DNA of 64,000 nucleotides, from positions 16,383-80,382 of the forward strand of contig JBKAGE010000050.1 of the NCBI GenBank assembly GCA_046290225.1, given 5' to 3'. The DNA is from Bradymonadia bacterium. GTDB taxonomy: Bacteria > Myxococcota_A > Bradymonadia > UBA7976 > UBA1532. Numbering within the stretch: position 1 is the stretch's first letter; each line of letters opens with the position of its first letter. The position numbers and the translations under genes were made by a program. Shown here in pieces: positions 28,266 through 36,960 of this stretch. Below the pieces are notes generated by a model. That model was not told the DNA's origin and ran no database searches. It saw only the letters and a program-made list of their open reading frames with translations.

Positions 28266-28295
28266 GAGATGCACTCCTGCAGTGTCGGCAGGTCA

Positions 28296-29204
28296 TCAAG
28301 CCATAGATACAGGGCCCTGAGCCAGACGGTTGGGCAGAGTGGCTTCGAGATGCGCCACGAAGGCCCGAACCCGAGGGGCGACATGACGAGATGAGGCGAA
28401 GACCGCCCTGATGGGCGCAGAAGGCAAGGCGTAGTCCGACAGTAAGGGTACGAGTCGTCCTTCGCGGATGGTCTGCTCGACGAGCCAGTCGGCGAGCAGC
28501 GCCACGCCATGACCCTCGACGGCCAGATATCGCAGCGTGGCGCTGCTGTTCGCCGAGAGTCGGCCGGAGATCGGTACAGTGTGTCGCACGTCGCCCAAGC
28601 TGAGCACCCAGGTCTCCTGCACGCTCAGGCCGCCGTGGAGCAAGCACCTGTGTTGTACGAGGTCCTCTGGTGACTCCGGGGTGCCGTGAGATGCCAGATA
28701 GGCCGGCGCGGCCACGAGCCGTCGACTGGAGCGGGCGAGCAGGGTGGCGCGATGGCTCGAGTCCACCGGCCGCCCGACGCGGATCGCCACGTCGACGCCT
28801 TCTTCTACGAGGTTCACGTATCGATCAGAATAGATGATCTCCAGCTCCACCTCGGGGTGAGCGCGCATCCACTGAGAGAGCAGGGGGGACAAGAACAGTT
28901 GCCCGAAGACCACCGGCACACTCACCCGCAGGCGCCCGCGCAAGGCCTGCTCACCTGAGGCACTCAGAGCGCTCTCCCAGGCATCGAGTACAGCACGCCC
29001 CCGGGTGTAGAGGGCATGGCCTGCGTCGGTGACCGACACCGAGCGGGTGGTGCGATCGAGCAACTGTACTTCGAAGGTGTCTTCGAGCCGGGCGATCCAC
29101 TTGCTGATGGTGGGCTGGCCGACGCGCAGATCACGGGCTGCGGCAGAGAAAGATCCCCGCTCCACCACCCGAACGAAGGCCTCGAGGGCGGCGATGCGAT
29201 CCAT
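28296..29204 (-). CDS. LysR family transcriptional regulator (CrgA-like)
   Basis: GSFSAAAR...LLDRTTRS HTH; NLVEEGVDVAIRVG. Confidence 0.92.
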   Translation of the reverse strand: MDRIAALEAFVRVVERGSFSAAARDLRVGQPTISKWIARLEDTFEVQLLDRTTRSVSVTDAGHALYTRGRAVLDAWESALSASGEQALRGRLRVSVPVVFGQLFLSPLLSQWMRAHPEVELEIIYSDRYVNLVEEGVDVAIRVGRPVDSSHRATLLARSSRRLVAAPAYLASHGTPESPEDLVQHRCLLHGGLSVQETWVLSLGDVRHTVPISGRLSANSSATLRYLAVEGHGVALLADWLVEQTIREGRLVPLLSDYALPSAPIRAVFASSRHVAPRVRAFVAHLEATLPNRLAQGPVSMA

Positions 29205-29215
29205 GGCTGCTCCTT

Positions 29216-29234
29216 TTATGCCAATTGGGAATAA
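29216..29234. promoter_or_regulatory. Putative LysR binding site
   Basis: Imperfect dyad TTATGCCAATTGGGAATAA just upstream of the LysR start in a divergent promoter region. Confidence 0.45.
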
Positions 29235-29313
29235 GAGATAGCATGACTCTGCTGATGCGGACCTGCTCAGGCATCAATATGCTGGCTTCACCTTCAACAC
29301 AGGAGCACTTCAC

Positions 29314-30153
29314 ATGTCTCGCATCGCATTTCTCGGACTCGGCGCCATGGGCGTCCGCATGGCCCGTCACCTGCTCGATGGCCACACGGTCACGGTCTAC
29401 AACCGCACTTCGGCCCGAGCCGAGCCCCTCGTGGCGGCGGGGGCACATCTGGCGCCCACCCCCAAAGCTGCAGCAGAGGGGGCCGACGTCATCATCACCA
29501 TGCTCACTGATGATGACGCTGCAGAGGCGGTCTGGCTCGGCGAAGATGGAGCGATTCACAGCATGCAGTCTGGCGCCCTGGCCATGGAGTGCAGCACGGT
29601 GACGCCTGCATGGATCGCCCGTCTCGGTGAGGTGGTTCACAGCGCTGGCGGCCGCTTGCTCGACGCCCCCGTGGCAGGCTCTACCCCTCAAGCAGAGGCG
29701 GCGAAGTTGATCTTCATGGCCGGCGGCGCCGAGGCAGACTTCGAAGAGGCGAAGCCCTTCATGGAACGCATGGGCGGCAAGGTGATGCACGTGGGGGCTC
29801 TGGGCCACGGTGCCACCCTGAAGCTGGTGGTGAACTCACTCTTCGCCAGTCAGGTGGCCTTGATGGCAGAGCTGCTGCAGCTCGTGGCCGGCCAGGGGCT
29901 CGATCCAGTGCACATCACCGCGTTGTTGGCGCAGATGCCGGTGACCTCGCCTGCTGCGGCGGGGGTCGCCGGGCTGATGAACGCCGGCAGCCATGGGCCG
30001 AAGTTCACTACAGATCTGGTCATCAAGGATCTGCGCTATGCACAGAGTTTGGGGGCTCTACCGGTGGTGGCCGCGGCCTGTGCACGCTTCGAGGCGGCAT
30101 CGGAGGCGGGGCTCGGGGCGCAGAACCTGACCGCAGTGCACACAGTGAGTTGA
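29314..30153 (+). CDS. NAD(P)-dependent oxidoreductase, 3-hydroxyisobutyrate dehydrogenase family
   Basis: FLGLGAMG Rossmann motif, LDAPVAGS, catalytic KLVVN. Confidence 0.9.
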   Translation: MSRIAFLGLGAMGVRMARHLLDGHTVTVYNRTSARAEPLVAAGAHLAPTPKAAAEGADVIITMLTDDDAAEAVWLGEDGAIHSMQSGALAMECSTVTPAWIARLGEVVHSAGGRLLDAPVAGSTPQAEAAKLIFMAGGAEADFEEAKPFMERMGGKVMHVGALGHGATLKLVVNSLFASQVALMAELLQLVAGQGLDPVHITALLAQMPVTSPAAAGVAGLMNAGSHGPKFTTDLVIKDLRYAQSLGALPVVAAACARFEAASEAGLGAQNLTAVHTVS

Positions 30154-30164
30154 GCGTGGAGTGC

Positions 30165-32483
30165 TCAACTGAAGATCCCTCGAAGTCTGCGGGCTGCTCG
30201 ATGAAACCCGCCATCCTCTGCAGCCTGTAGCCCCAGGCTGGCGATCGACTGGGCGAGCCCATCATCACCCTCAAGTCGATGAAGCCGTGCCCGCACTGCT
30301 TTGCAGCGTAGATCCATCTCCATCTCTCTGCTGTGGATCACCCAGGCCTCGGCCTGCTCGAGGTGTGCCCACGCGGCGGTGCGATCGACCTGCATCAGGC
30401 ACCGGGCGATGAGGGCGTCGCAGTGGGCGACGTGGCCAGGCCAGCGTCGTTGCGCACAGGTCTCCCGGTTGACGCGGGTGATTGAGAGGGCCTCCTCCAC
30501 ACGCCCTTCTGCGAGCCGGGCCTCGGCGACCCAGAGGCCGTGGCGCGCCACCGGCACCCGTCCTGTGAGGGCCACCGCGGCGTTGAAGAAATGATCCCCG
30601 CGTTCGACATCGCCGAGATCGTGATGTACCGCACCGGAGAGCGCCAGGGCCATGGCGTGATGCCAGGGCGCGTCGAGGCGGGCGGCGCGCTCCACGGACT
30701 CTTCGAGCCAGCCCAGGGCCCGTCGGGGATCATCCATGAGCCGGGCGGTGTAGGCCTGGGCCCTGCTGGTGACGGCGAGCAGGTTGTGGGGTGTGTCCGA
30801 CAGTTGCGCTGCGGACAGATGTTGGCGTTGAGCGGTGTACAACGACATCGCCTGGTTCAGATCTCCGCTGGCGGCGCAGTAGAGGGCCAGGTTGTACAGC
30901 AGCAATGCGCCGTCGATGGCTTCGAGCCCCTCGGGGTAGGGGTGAGGCCACCCCTCGACGAGAAAGTCGCTGAGCATTCTGCGCCCTCGGAGCATCTCGC
31001 CCATCTGCAAGCCCAGAACAGAGAAGCCACCGAGGTTGCGCTGATAGATCTGCCAAGCACGCTGAGGTGCGCCGCTGAGGCGAGTGTGCACCACGAGGGC
31101 CTCGATTTGATCGAGCATCTCGGCATCGGGCTCGGTGAAGGGCCGATCGGCGAGTTGTCGAATCAGCGTATCGCTCAGCTGCCGGTGGACCACTGTGGGG
31201 GCCTGACACCATCGGCGGGCCACCGCTCGCACGTGCGGGTGGGCCGAGTATCCGCCGTTGCCCAGCGGATAGATGAGATCTGCGTGGTGCAGCTTCCTCA
31301 GCGCCGACCGCACACGACTCAGTGAGCACCCGCACAAGCTGCCCCCCACAACCTCGCTCTCGGTGAGGGCCATCAACTGCTCGAGGCTGGTCCCCCGAGG
31401 CATGAGCGCGATGCGGGCGAGAGCATCGCGCTCCACGGGAGCGAGCTGAGCCCCATAGCGATCGATCACACGGGTGAGGCGGGCGGCGAGGGCGTCCTCG
31501 GCGCTGAGGGTGCTCAGATCGTGATCGAGCTGGTCCATCACCGATTGCAGGCTGCCGAGGGCTTCACCGCAGGCGCCGGCCATGGCCACCGCGAGCGGGT
31601 GCCCTTCGAGCGTGTCCAGTGTGGCTCTCTCGGCATCTGAGAGCCCTGGCCAGTAGCACTTGGCCAGCGCGACAGCGTCATCGCTCGAGAGAGGGCTCAC
31701 CGAGACCGCCTCGAAGCCCTCCGGGCACCAGGGATCGAGATCCACAGGGCGTAGACGACTGGTGATCAAGGCCCGCTGATCAGGCTCGGAGGCGCTCCGT
31801 GGCCGGGCGAGGGCCCTCAACCAGCGCCTCAAGGTCGGATCGAGGCACTCCCCAGTGCTCTGGCTGTCGTTGCCGCCAGCTTGCACCATCTCCAAACCGT
31901 CGAAGATCCAATGGCGCCGCCCAGGGGCTGTGAGTACACCCTCCAGGCCGGCATCCCGGGGCTGCCCCAGCCACGACAAGGCGGCGTCGACGAGGCGCTC
32001 CACCTGGGGATCCTCATAGAAGCTCCACACGAAACAGGGGGGTGCCTCCGGATCTGCGAGGCAGGCTGAGAGATGACGCTCCACCACAGCTGTTTTACCT
32101 GCGCCACCGAGAGCGACGAGGGCGAGCACCCGCGGCCCGTCGCCCCTGGACCACTGACGCAGCCTGTCCATGAGCTCAGAGCGGCCCACAAAATGCCGTG
32201 CGCGCTGGAGCGGGTGCACCACACGATGCGAGCGCTCACCTGCCGAGGGCATCTCCACAAGCCAGTCTTCGACGTCGTCCACGCCGAACTCGGCGCACAG
32301 ACGAGCGAGGAACTGCCGGCGGCTCTGATGGCGAACGGAGAAGCCCTTCGTCGTGTTCACCTTGCCTTGTTCGAACCGACGCCAGGTCCTGACGTCCACT
32401 CCCGTGGCCTCGGCGGCAGCCTCCTGGGTCAGCCCCAGATCGACTCTCAGGCGTTGCAGGCGTTGGTGGTCGAAGCGCTTCAT
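30165..32483 (-). CDS. XRE-HTH / STAND-type NTPase / TPR-like protein
   Basis: HTH LGLTQEAAA...VDVRTWRRFEQG; FVGR, Walker A ALGGAGKT, Walker B IFDGLE, ITSR, GHPLA, YSAHP; helical C-terminus. Confidence 0.8.
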   Translation of the reverse strand: MKRFDHQRLQRLRVDLGLTQEAAAEATGVDVRTWRRFEQGKVNTTKGFSVRHQSRRQFLARLCAEFGVDDVEDWLVEMPSAGERSHRVVHPLQRARHFVGRSELMDRLRQWSRGDGPRVLALVALGGAGKTAVVERHLSACLADPEAPPCFVWSFYEDPQVERLVDAALSWLGQPRDAGLEGVLTAPGRRHWIFDGLEMVQAGGNDSQSTGECLDPTLRRWLRALARPRSASEPDQRALITSRLRPVDLDPWCPEGFEAVSVSPLSSDDAVALAKCYWPGLSDAERATLDTLEGHPLAVAMAGACGEALGSLQSVMDQLDHDLSTLSAEDALAARLTRVIDRYGAQLAPVERDALARIALMPRGTSLEQLMALTESEVVGGSLCGCSLSRVRSALRKLHHADLIYPLGNGGYSAHPHVRAVARRWCQAPTVVHRQLSDTLIRQLADRPFTEPDAEMLDQIEALVVHTRLSGAPQRAWQIYQRNLGGFSVLGLQMGEMLRGRRMLSDFLVEGWPHPYPEGLEAIDGALLLYNLALYCAASGDLNQAMSLYTAQRQHLSAAQLSDTPHNLLAVTSRAQAYTARLMDDPRRALGWLEESVERAARLDAPWHHAMALALSGAVHHDLGDVERGDHFFNAAVALTGRVPVARHGLWVAEARLAEGRVEEALSITRVNRETCAQRRWPGHVAHCDALIARCLMQVDRTAAWAHLEQAEAWVIHSREMEMDLRCKAVRARLHRLEGDDGLAQSIASLGLQAAEDGGFHRAARRLRGIFS

Positions 32484-32589
32484 GACCACAGAGTGCCACA
32501 CAATGGCCCGCATCGATCCGGATCGATCCTGTCGCCTTCACATCACCGGCATCACCGTGGAGGACACAACACAGACAGGAGGCAGAGAC

Positions 32590-33150
32590 ATGTGGACCAC
32601 CCACGAGAGCATCCTCGACGCCGAGATGTGCGAAGCCCTCATCGCCGAAGGGGAGAGCCGCGGCTTCGAGCCGGCTTCGGTGACCACCGCCATGGGCTTC
32701 GCCATGATGCCCGAGCTGCGGAACAACGACCGGGTCATCTTCGATGATCCCGAGCTGGCGGCTCAGCTCTGGCCGCTGCTCCCACAGTGGTCGGACCCCT
32801 TGGAGCCATTGGAAGTGGGCTGGCGGCCTGTGGGCCTCAACGAGCGGTTTCGTCTGTATCGATACACGCGTGGGCAGAAGTTCGACTGGCACGCCGATGG
32901 GGCGTTTCGCCGAAACAGGCTCGAACGCAGCCGGCAGACGGTGCTGATCTATCTCAACGAGGGATGCGAAGGCGGCGCCACGGAGATCCGCACAGGGCCA
33001 CGCTACCAGCGTCGGGAAGTCGTTTCGGTGGAGCCTCGATGTGGGCGAGTCCTGCGTTTCGCCCACCAGCTGATCCACCGCGGGGCCCCAGTCCGTGAGG
33101 GGATCAAGTACGTGCTGCGCACTGACGTGATGTATCGCCGCCTCAGTTGA
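32590..33150 (+). CDS. 2OG-Fe(II) oxygenase (prolyl-4-hydroxylase-like)
   Basis: HxD motif WHADG, YLNEGCEGGAT, HRG...KYVLRTD. Confidence 0.88.
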   Translation: MWTTHESILDAEMCEALIAEGESRGFEPASVTTAMGFAMMPELRNNDRVIFDDPELAAQLWPLLPQWSDPLEPLEVGWRPVGLNERFRLYRYTRGQKFDWHADGAFRRNRLERSRQTVLIYLNEGCEGGATEIRTGPRYQRREVVSVEPRCGRVLRFAHQLIHRGAPVREGIKYVLRTDVMYRRLS

Positions 33151-34141
33151 CCATGACGACAACACGCCCACGGGCTTTGCCACTGGCTGCGTGCTCGATG
33201 GCTTTGGGGAGATCATCGAAAGCGAAGATCTCGTCCATGCGGGTCTGCAGGCCAGAGGCCTCGGCGATGACGGTGGCCCGGGTGAGGCGCGCACCGCTGG
33301 GCACCGTCACCTGAGCGGAGAAGCGAGCTTTGGCTTTCTGGGCATGCTTTCGGGGTTTGCGCCCCATCAGTGGCAGCAGCAGCTTGAGGGGGCCAGGCAC
33401 CTTCAACCCGGCCTGCAGGAGTACTTGGGCCTCGGGCATCGCCGAGATCGACGCCACCATGCCCTCTGGCTTCACGGCGACGAAGGAGCGCAGGAGCGTC
33501 TCGCCCCCCACCGTATCGAAGATCAGATCCTGATTGCGCACCACATCCTCGAAGCGCTCGGTGCGGTAGTCCACCACACGGTGGGCGCCGAGGGCAGTCA
33601 CCCACTCGGCGTCTTTGCTGCTCGCCGTGGCGGTCACCCGGGCGCCGAGGGCGGCGAAGATCTGCACAGCCACGCTGCCGACACCACCAGCGCCTCCGTG
33701 TACCAGCACCAGACTGCCGGCGCCGATCCCCGCGCTGTCGGCTGCCTGAAGTGCACAGAGGCTCGGAAGGGGCAAGGTGGCGAGCTGAGCAGCATCGAAC
33801 CCCGTGGGTGCTCTGGCGATGGTCGATGCGGGGACCACGATCTCTTCTGCGAAGGCCCCCATGGTGGCGATGCCCTGGTAGCCGTACACCACCTCACCCA
33901 TTTTGAGTCCTTTGACGTCTTCACCCACAGAGGTGATGACCCCTGTGAAGTCGACTCCAGGGACAAAAGGTCGCTTCATGGGCAGCATGACCTTGTTCTT
34001 GCCGGAGCACGTCTCCAGATCGACGGGGTGTATCGAGACCGCTGTCGTACGGATACGCACCGCCCCAGGCCCTTCCGCGGGGGTCGGGAGATCTTCGAGC
34101 ACCGGCAGTAAATTCGACTTTTGAAGGCGATAGGCGCGCAT
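33143..34141 (-). CDS. NADP-dependent MDR oxidoreductase (quinone-reductase-like)
   Basis: IHPVD, PFVPGVDFTG, VHGGAGGVG and C-terminal ARGRVVV motifs. Confidence 0.88.
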   Translation of the reverse strand: MRAYRLQKSNLLPVLEDLPTPAEGPGAVRIRTTAVSIHPVDLETCSGKNKVMLPMKRPFVPGVDFTGVITSVGEDVKGLKMGEVVYGYQGIATMGAFAEEIVVPASTIARAPTGFDAAQLATLPLPSLCALQAADSAGIGAGSLVLVHGGAGGVGSVAVQIFAALGARVTATASSKDAEWVTALGAHRVVDYRTERFEDVVRNQDLIFDTVGGETLLRSFVAVKPEGMVASISAMPEAQVLLQAGLKVPGPLKLLLPLMGRKPRKHAQKAKARFSAQVTVPSGARLTRATVIAEASGLQTRMDEIFAFDDLPKAIEHAASGKARGRVVVMVN

Positions 34142-34224
34142 GGTAGACACCGTGTTGAGATGGCCAGTGAGGAGAAGGGTGAGCCTTGGACGAACAGTCG
34201 TCCAACGCATATCCCACATCGCCC

Positions 34225-35184
34225 ATGCAGCAGATCGATTTACACCAGCTCGACCTCAACCTGTTGCTCGTCTTCGATGTCTTACTCGAAGAGTGCCACG
34301 TGACCCGCACCGCGAAGCGGTTGGGTCGTACACAGTCTGCGGTCAGTCATGCCTTGAGTCGTCTGCGCGATCAGCTCGGGGATCCGATCCTGGTCCGTGT
34401 CGGTGGCGAGATGCGCCCCACGCCCCGAGCGCTGCGCCTCGCCCCGGAGGTCAGGCGTTTGCTGAAGTCGATCGAGCGTGTGCTCTCTTACGAGATAGAA
34501 TGGACGGCCCACACCTCGACGCGTGTGTTTACCCTCATGGCCCCGGACTTCATCGCCGCGAGCCTGCCTCACCTGTTGGCCCGCATGACCGCGGAGGCCC
34601 CACAGACCAGGCTCGAGATGTTGCCGCCCTTCGAAGGGTGGCAGCCCTCGGTGCTCGATGGCGGGTGCGATCTCGCGTTGGCGCCGATGACCGCCGTCAG
34701 CCACGAAGGGCTCAGCAGCGAGCCCATCAGCGACATGCCGTGGCGGGTGTACGGTCGAGCGGGCCACCCGGCCTTTGAGGGATGGGGCGTGGACAGCTGG
34801 TTGAACTACCCCCATGTGCAAATCCGAACGCGAGGCAAAGGGAACAGTGCCGTAGAGGCTGCACTGGAGGCGCGCGGACTGGCCCGACTCAATGGCCCAT
34901 TGCTCTCGCATTTCCTGCTGGCACCGTCGCTGCTCTCGGCTTCCGAGCTGCTGCTCACTGTGCCCCGCGGTGTCCTGGCCGAGATGGCTGGGCGTTTTGG
35001 GCTCGTGAGCATGCCATGCCCCATCGAGCTGCCCGAGATGACCCTCGGGCTGCATCAAAGCCCTGTCTTTGCCGAGGAGCCAGCCATGGTGTGGTTCAAG
35101 GGCCTGGTGGCGGATGCCATGCAACACACACTCACCTTGCCCGAAGGGGCACCATCGAGCAGAGCACAGGCAGGGGTGAGCTGA
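34225..35184 (+). CDS. LysR family transcriptional regulator (NodD/LeuO-like)
   Basis: LDLNLLLVFD...TQSAVSHALSRLR HTH. Confidence 0.92.
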   Translation: MQQIDLHQLDLNLLLVFDVLLEECHVTRTAKRLGRTQSAVSHALSRLRDQLGDPILVRVGGEMRPTPRALRLAPEVRRLLKSIERVLSYEIEWTAHTSTRVFTLMAPDFIAASLPHLLARMTAEAPQTRLEMLPPFEGWQPSVLDGGCDLALAPMTAVSHEGLSSEPISDMPWRVYGRAGHPAFEGWGVDSWLNYPHVQIRTRGKGNSAVEAALEARGLARLNGPLLSHFLLAPSLLSASELLLTVPRGVLAEMAGRFGLVSMPCPIELPEMTLGLHQSPVFAEEPAMVWFKGLVADAMQHTLTLPEGAPSSRAQAGVS

Positions 35185-35588
35185 TGCCACAACGTAATTT
35201 CCTCACCCGGTTCTCCGAAGACCTCGCCCGGGATCGAGCTTGGTACATCGAGCTGCTCGGGTATGAGGTGGCCTTCGACAGTGACTGGTTCGTGCAACTG
35301 CGTGCGCCGGGGAGCGAGCTGGTAGAGCTGGGCCTGCTCGCTCGAGGGCATGCGCTGATCCCAGAGGCGGATCAGCACGACGCTGCCCGTGGTGGGATGC
35401 TCACTGTGGTGGTGGACGACGTGGACGCGGTACACCAGCGGGCTGTCGAGAGGGGGGAGACGATCGTCGAAGCGCCCCGAAACCTGTTCTATGGGCAGCG
35501 TCGCATGTTGGTGAGAGATCCAGGGGGCATGTTGGTGGACGTGTCGAGCGAGTGCCCGCCTGATCCTGAGTGGCTGGCCTCGCTCTGA
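35184..35588 (+). CDS. VOC/glyoxalase family protein
   Basis: TGATG overlap with LysR; VVDDVDAVH...FYGQRR...DPGG motifs. Confidence 0.85.
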   Translation: MPQRNFLTRFSEDLARDRAWYIELLGYEVAFDSDWFVQLRAPGSELVELGLLARGHALIPEADQHDAARGGMLTVVVDDVDAVHQRAVERGETIVEAPRNLFYGQRRMLVRDPGGMLVDVSSECPPDPEWLASL

Positions 35589-35601
35589 CACCCCCAGGAG
35601 C

Positions 35602-36960
35602 TCAGGTCAGCGTCGCCTCCCGGCTCACTTGGCCTGGCCCAGCGCCAAAGCTCTGCACATTGGCGCCATACATGTTCGCCAACGCCATCAACACTTCGCT
35701 GTAATTTCGCCGGCCATCATCAGAGCCCACCAGATGTACGTCACCCTTCAGACGACCGCTGGCCTTGCCTGCCAACAGGACCGGTGCGTCGTGCATCTCG
35801 TGGGTCCAGCCATACGAGACCTCCGAGGTGGCCAGAATGCACATCTCATCGAGCAAAGATCCCCCTGTGGCCGTGGGGGTCTCCGCCATGGCCTGCAGCG
35901 TGCGGGCGAAGCACTCCATTGTGTAGACCACGCCTTGCCGGACCATGCCGTAACCGTTGGGCAGGGCATCGACGAGGTGCACGATGTCCTCGTGGTACGA
36001 CCGGTTGAACTCTTCGCCGAGGTGCCGGTAGTACACGTGGCCTGCGGGGAGGGTGAACACGTAGCTGAACACGTGGGTGAGATCGCAGGCGAGGGCCAGA
36101 GCCATCATCTGGCTCATGGCCTCGTTGAGCACCCAGGGCGCTTCTTCTTTGGTGTCGGCCTGGATCTCGGGTCCTGGTGCGGTGAGCTCACCACAGCTCA
36201 TGGGGGCGCTGCTCAGTCGCAGCTCCAGGGCCCTGATCCCTTCGGCGTGGGCCTGCAGGCGGGCTTTGTCATCTGCGCCCACCTTGCCCTCCAGGGCCTT
36301 GAGGTCGGACATTACGGTGTCGAGTACGCTCCGGCGAGCACCCCGCAGCGCTGGTGACGCCGAGGCCACACCAAACAGACGTCCGAAGAGACGATGTGGA
36401 TCGTACTCGGGATAGTTCGGCGCCGCTTTGCCCCGATGAGAGATGGCATGGAGTGTGGGCTGGGGCCCGGCAGGGGTCGCCTTCGACAGCCCCACTTCGA
36501 TGGAACGAAAAGGCGTCTGCCGCCCGATGAGGTCAGCGATGACCTGATCGATCGACGGCAGCCGGGCGGATCCCAGCTCGTCGGGTGGTGCTCCGGTGGT
36601 GGCCCCAGCAGAGCCGCCCACATGGGCCTCACCCATCTTGTTCTCGTAGCCGCTGAGCACGGTGAGGTAGCGCTTGTAGGCCGACAGGGGCGCCAGCTGC
36701 TCGGTCAGCTGCCAAGCGTTGCCTTCACCACCACGGCCCTCGGGGTGCCAACGTGCGGGATCGATGCCGTTGCCAAAGAACCACATGCCGAATCGGCTCG
36801 GCAACGTCGAGCCATCGGCCCAGGCGGTACCGTGGTTGTCGAGATCAAGGCCCAGTCGGGGCAAGGGCAGGGTGACCATGGCCCCGCCGGCGAGCATGCC
36901 TTTGAGGAACCTCCGACGGCCGAGGGTGTTGCGCTGTGGGTCTTTCTTCGAGCCTTTCAT
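35602..36960 (-). CDS. DUF1552 family Tat-exported protein
   Basis: Twin-arginine leader RRRFLKG; PSIDQVIA, LALACDLT, LLDE...SE motifs; follows the DUF1592 gene. Confidence 0.88.
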   Translation of the reverse strand: MKGSKKDPQRNTLGRRRFLKGMLAGGAMVTLPLPRLGLDLDNHGTAWADGSTLPSRFGMWFFGNGIDPARWHPEGRGGEGNAWQLTEQLAPLSAYKRYLTVLSGYENKMGEAHVGGSAGATTGAPPDELGSARLPSIDQVIADLIGRQTPFRSIEVGLSKATPAGPQPTLHAISHRGKAAPNYPEYDPHRLFGRLFGVASASPALRGARRSVLDTVMSDLKALEGKVGADDKARLQAHAEGIRALELRLSSAPMSCGELTAPGPEIQADTKEEAPWVLNEAMSQMMALALACDLTHVFSYVFTLPAGHVYYRHLGEEFNRSYHEDIVHLVDALPNGYGMVRQGVVYTMECFARTLQAMAETPTATGGSLLDEMCILATSEVSYGWTHEMHDAPVLLAGKASGRLKGDVHLVGSDDGRRNYSEVLMALANMYGANVQSFGAGPGQVSREATLT

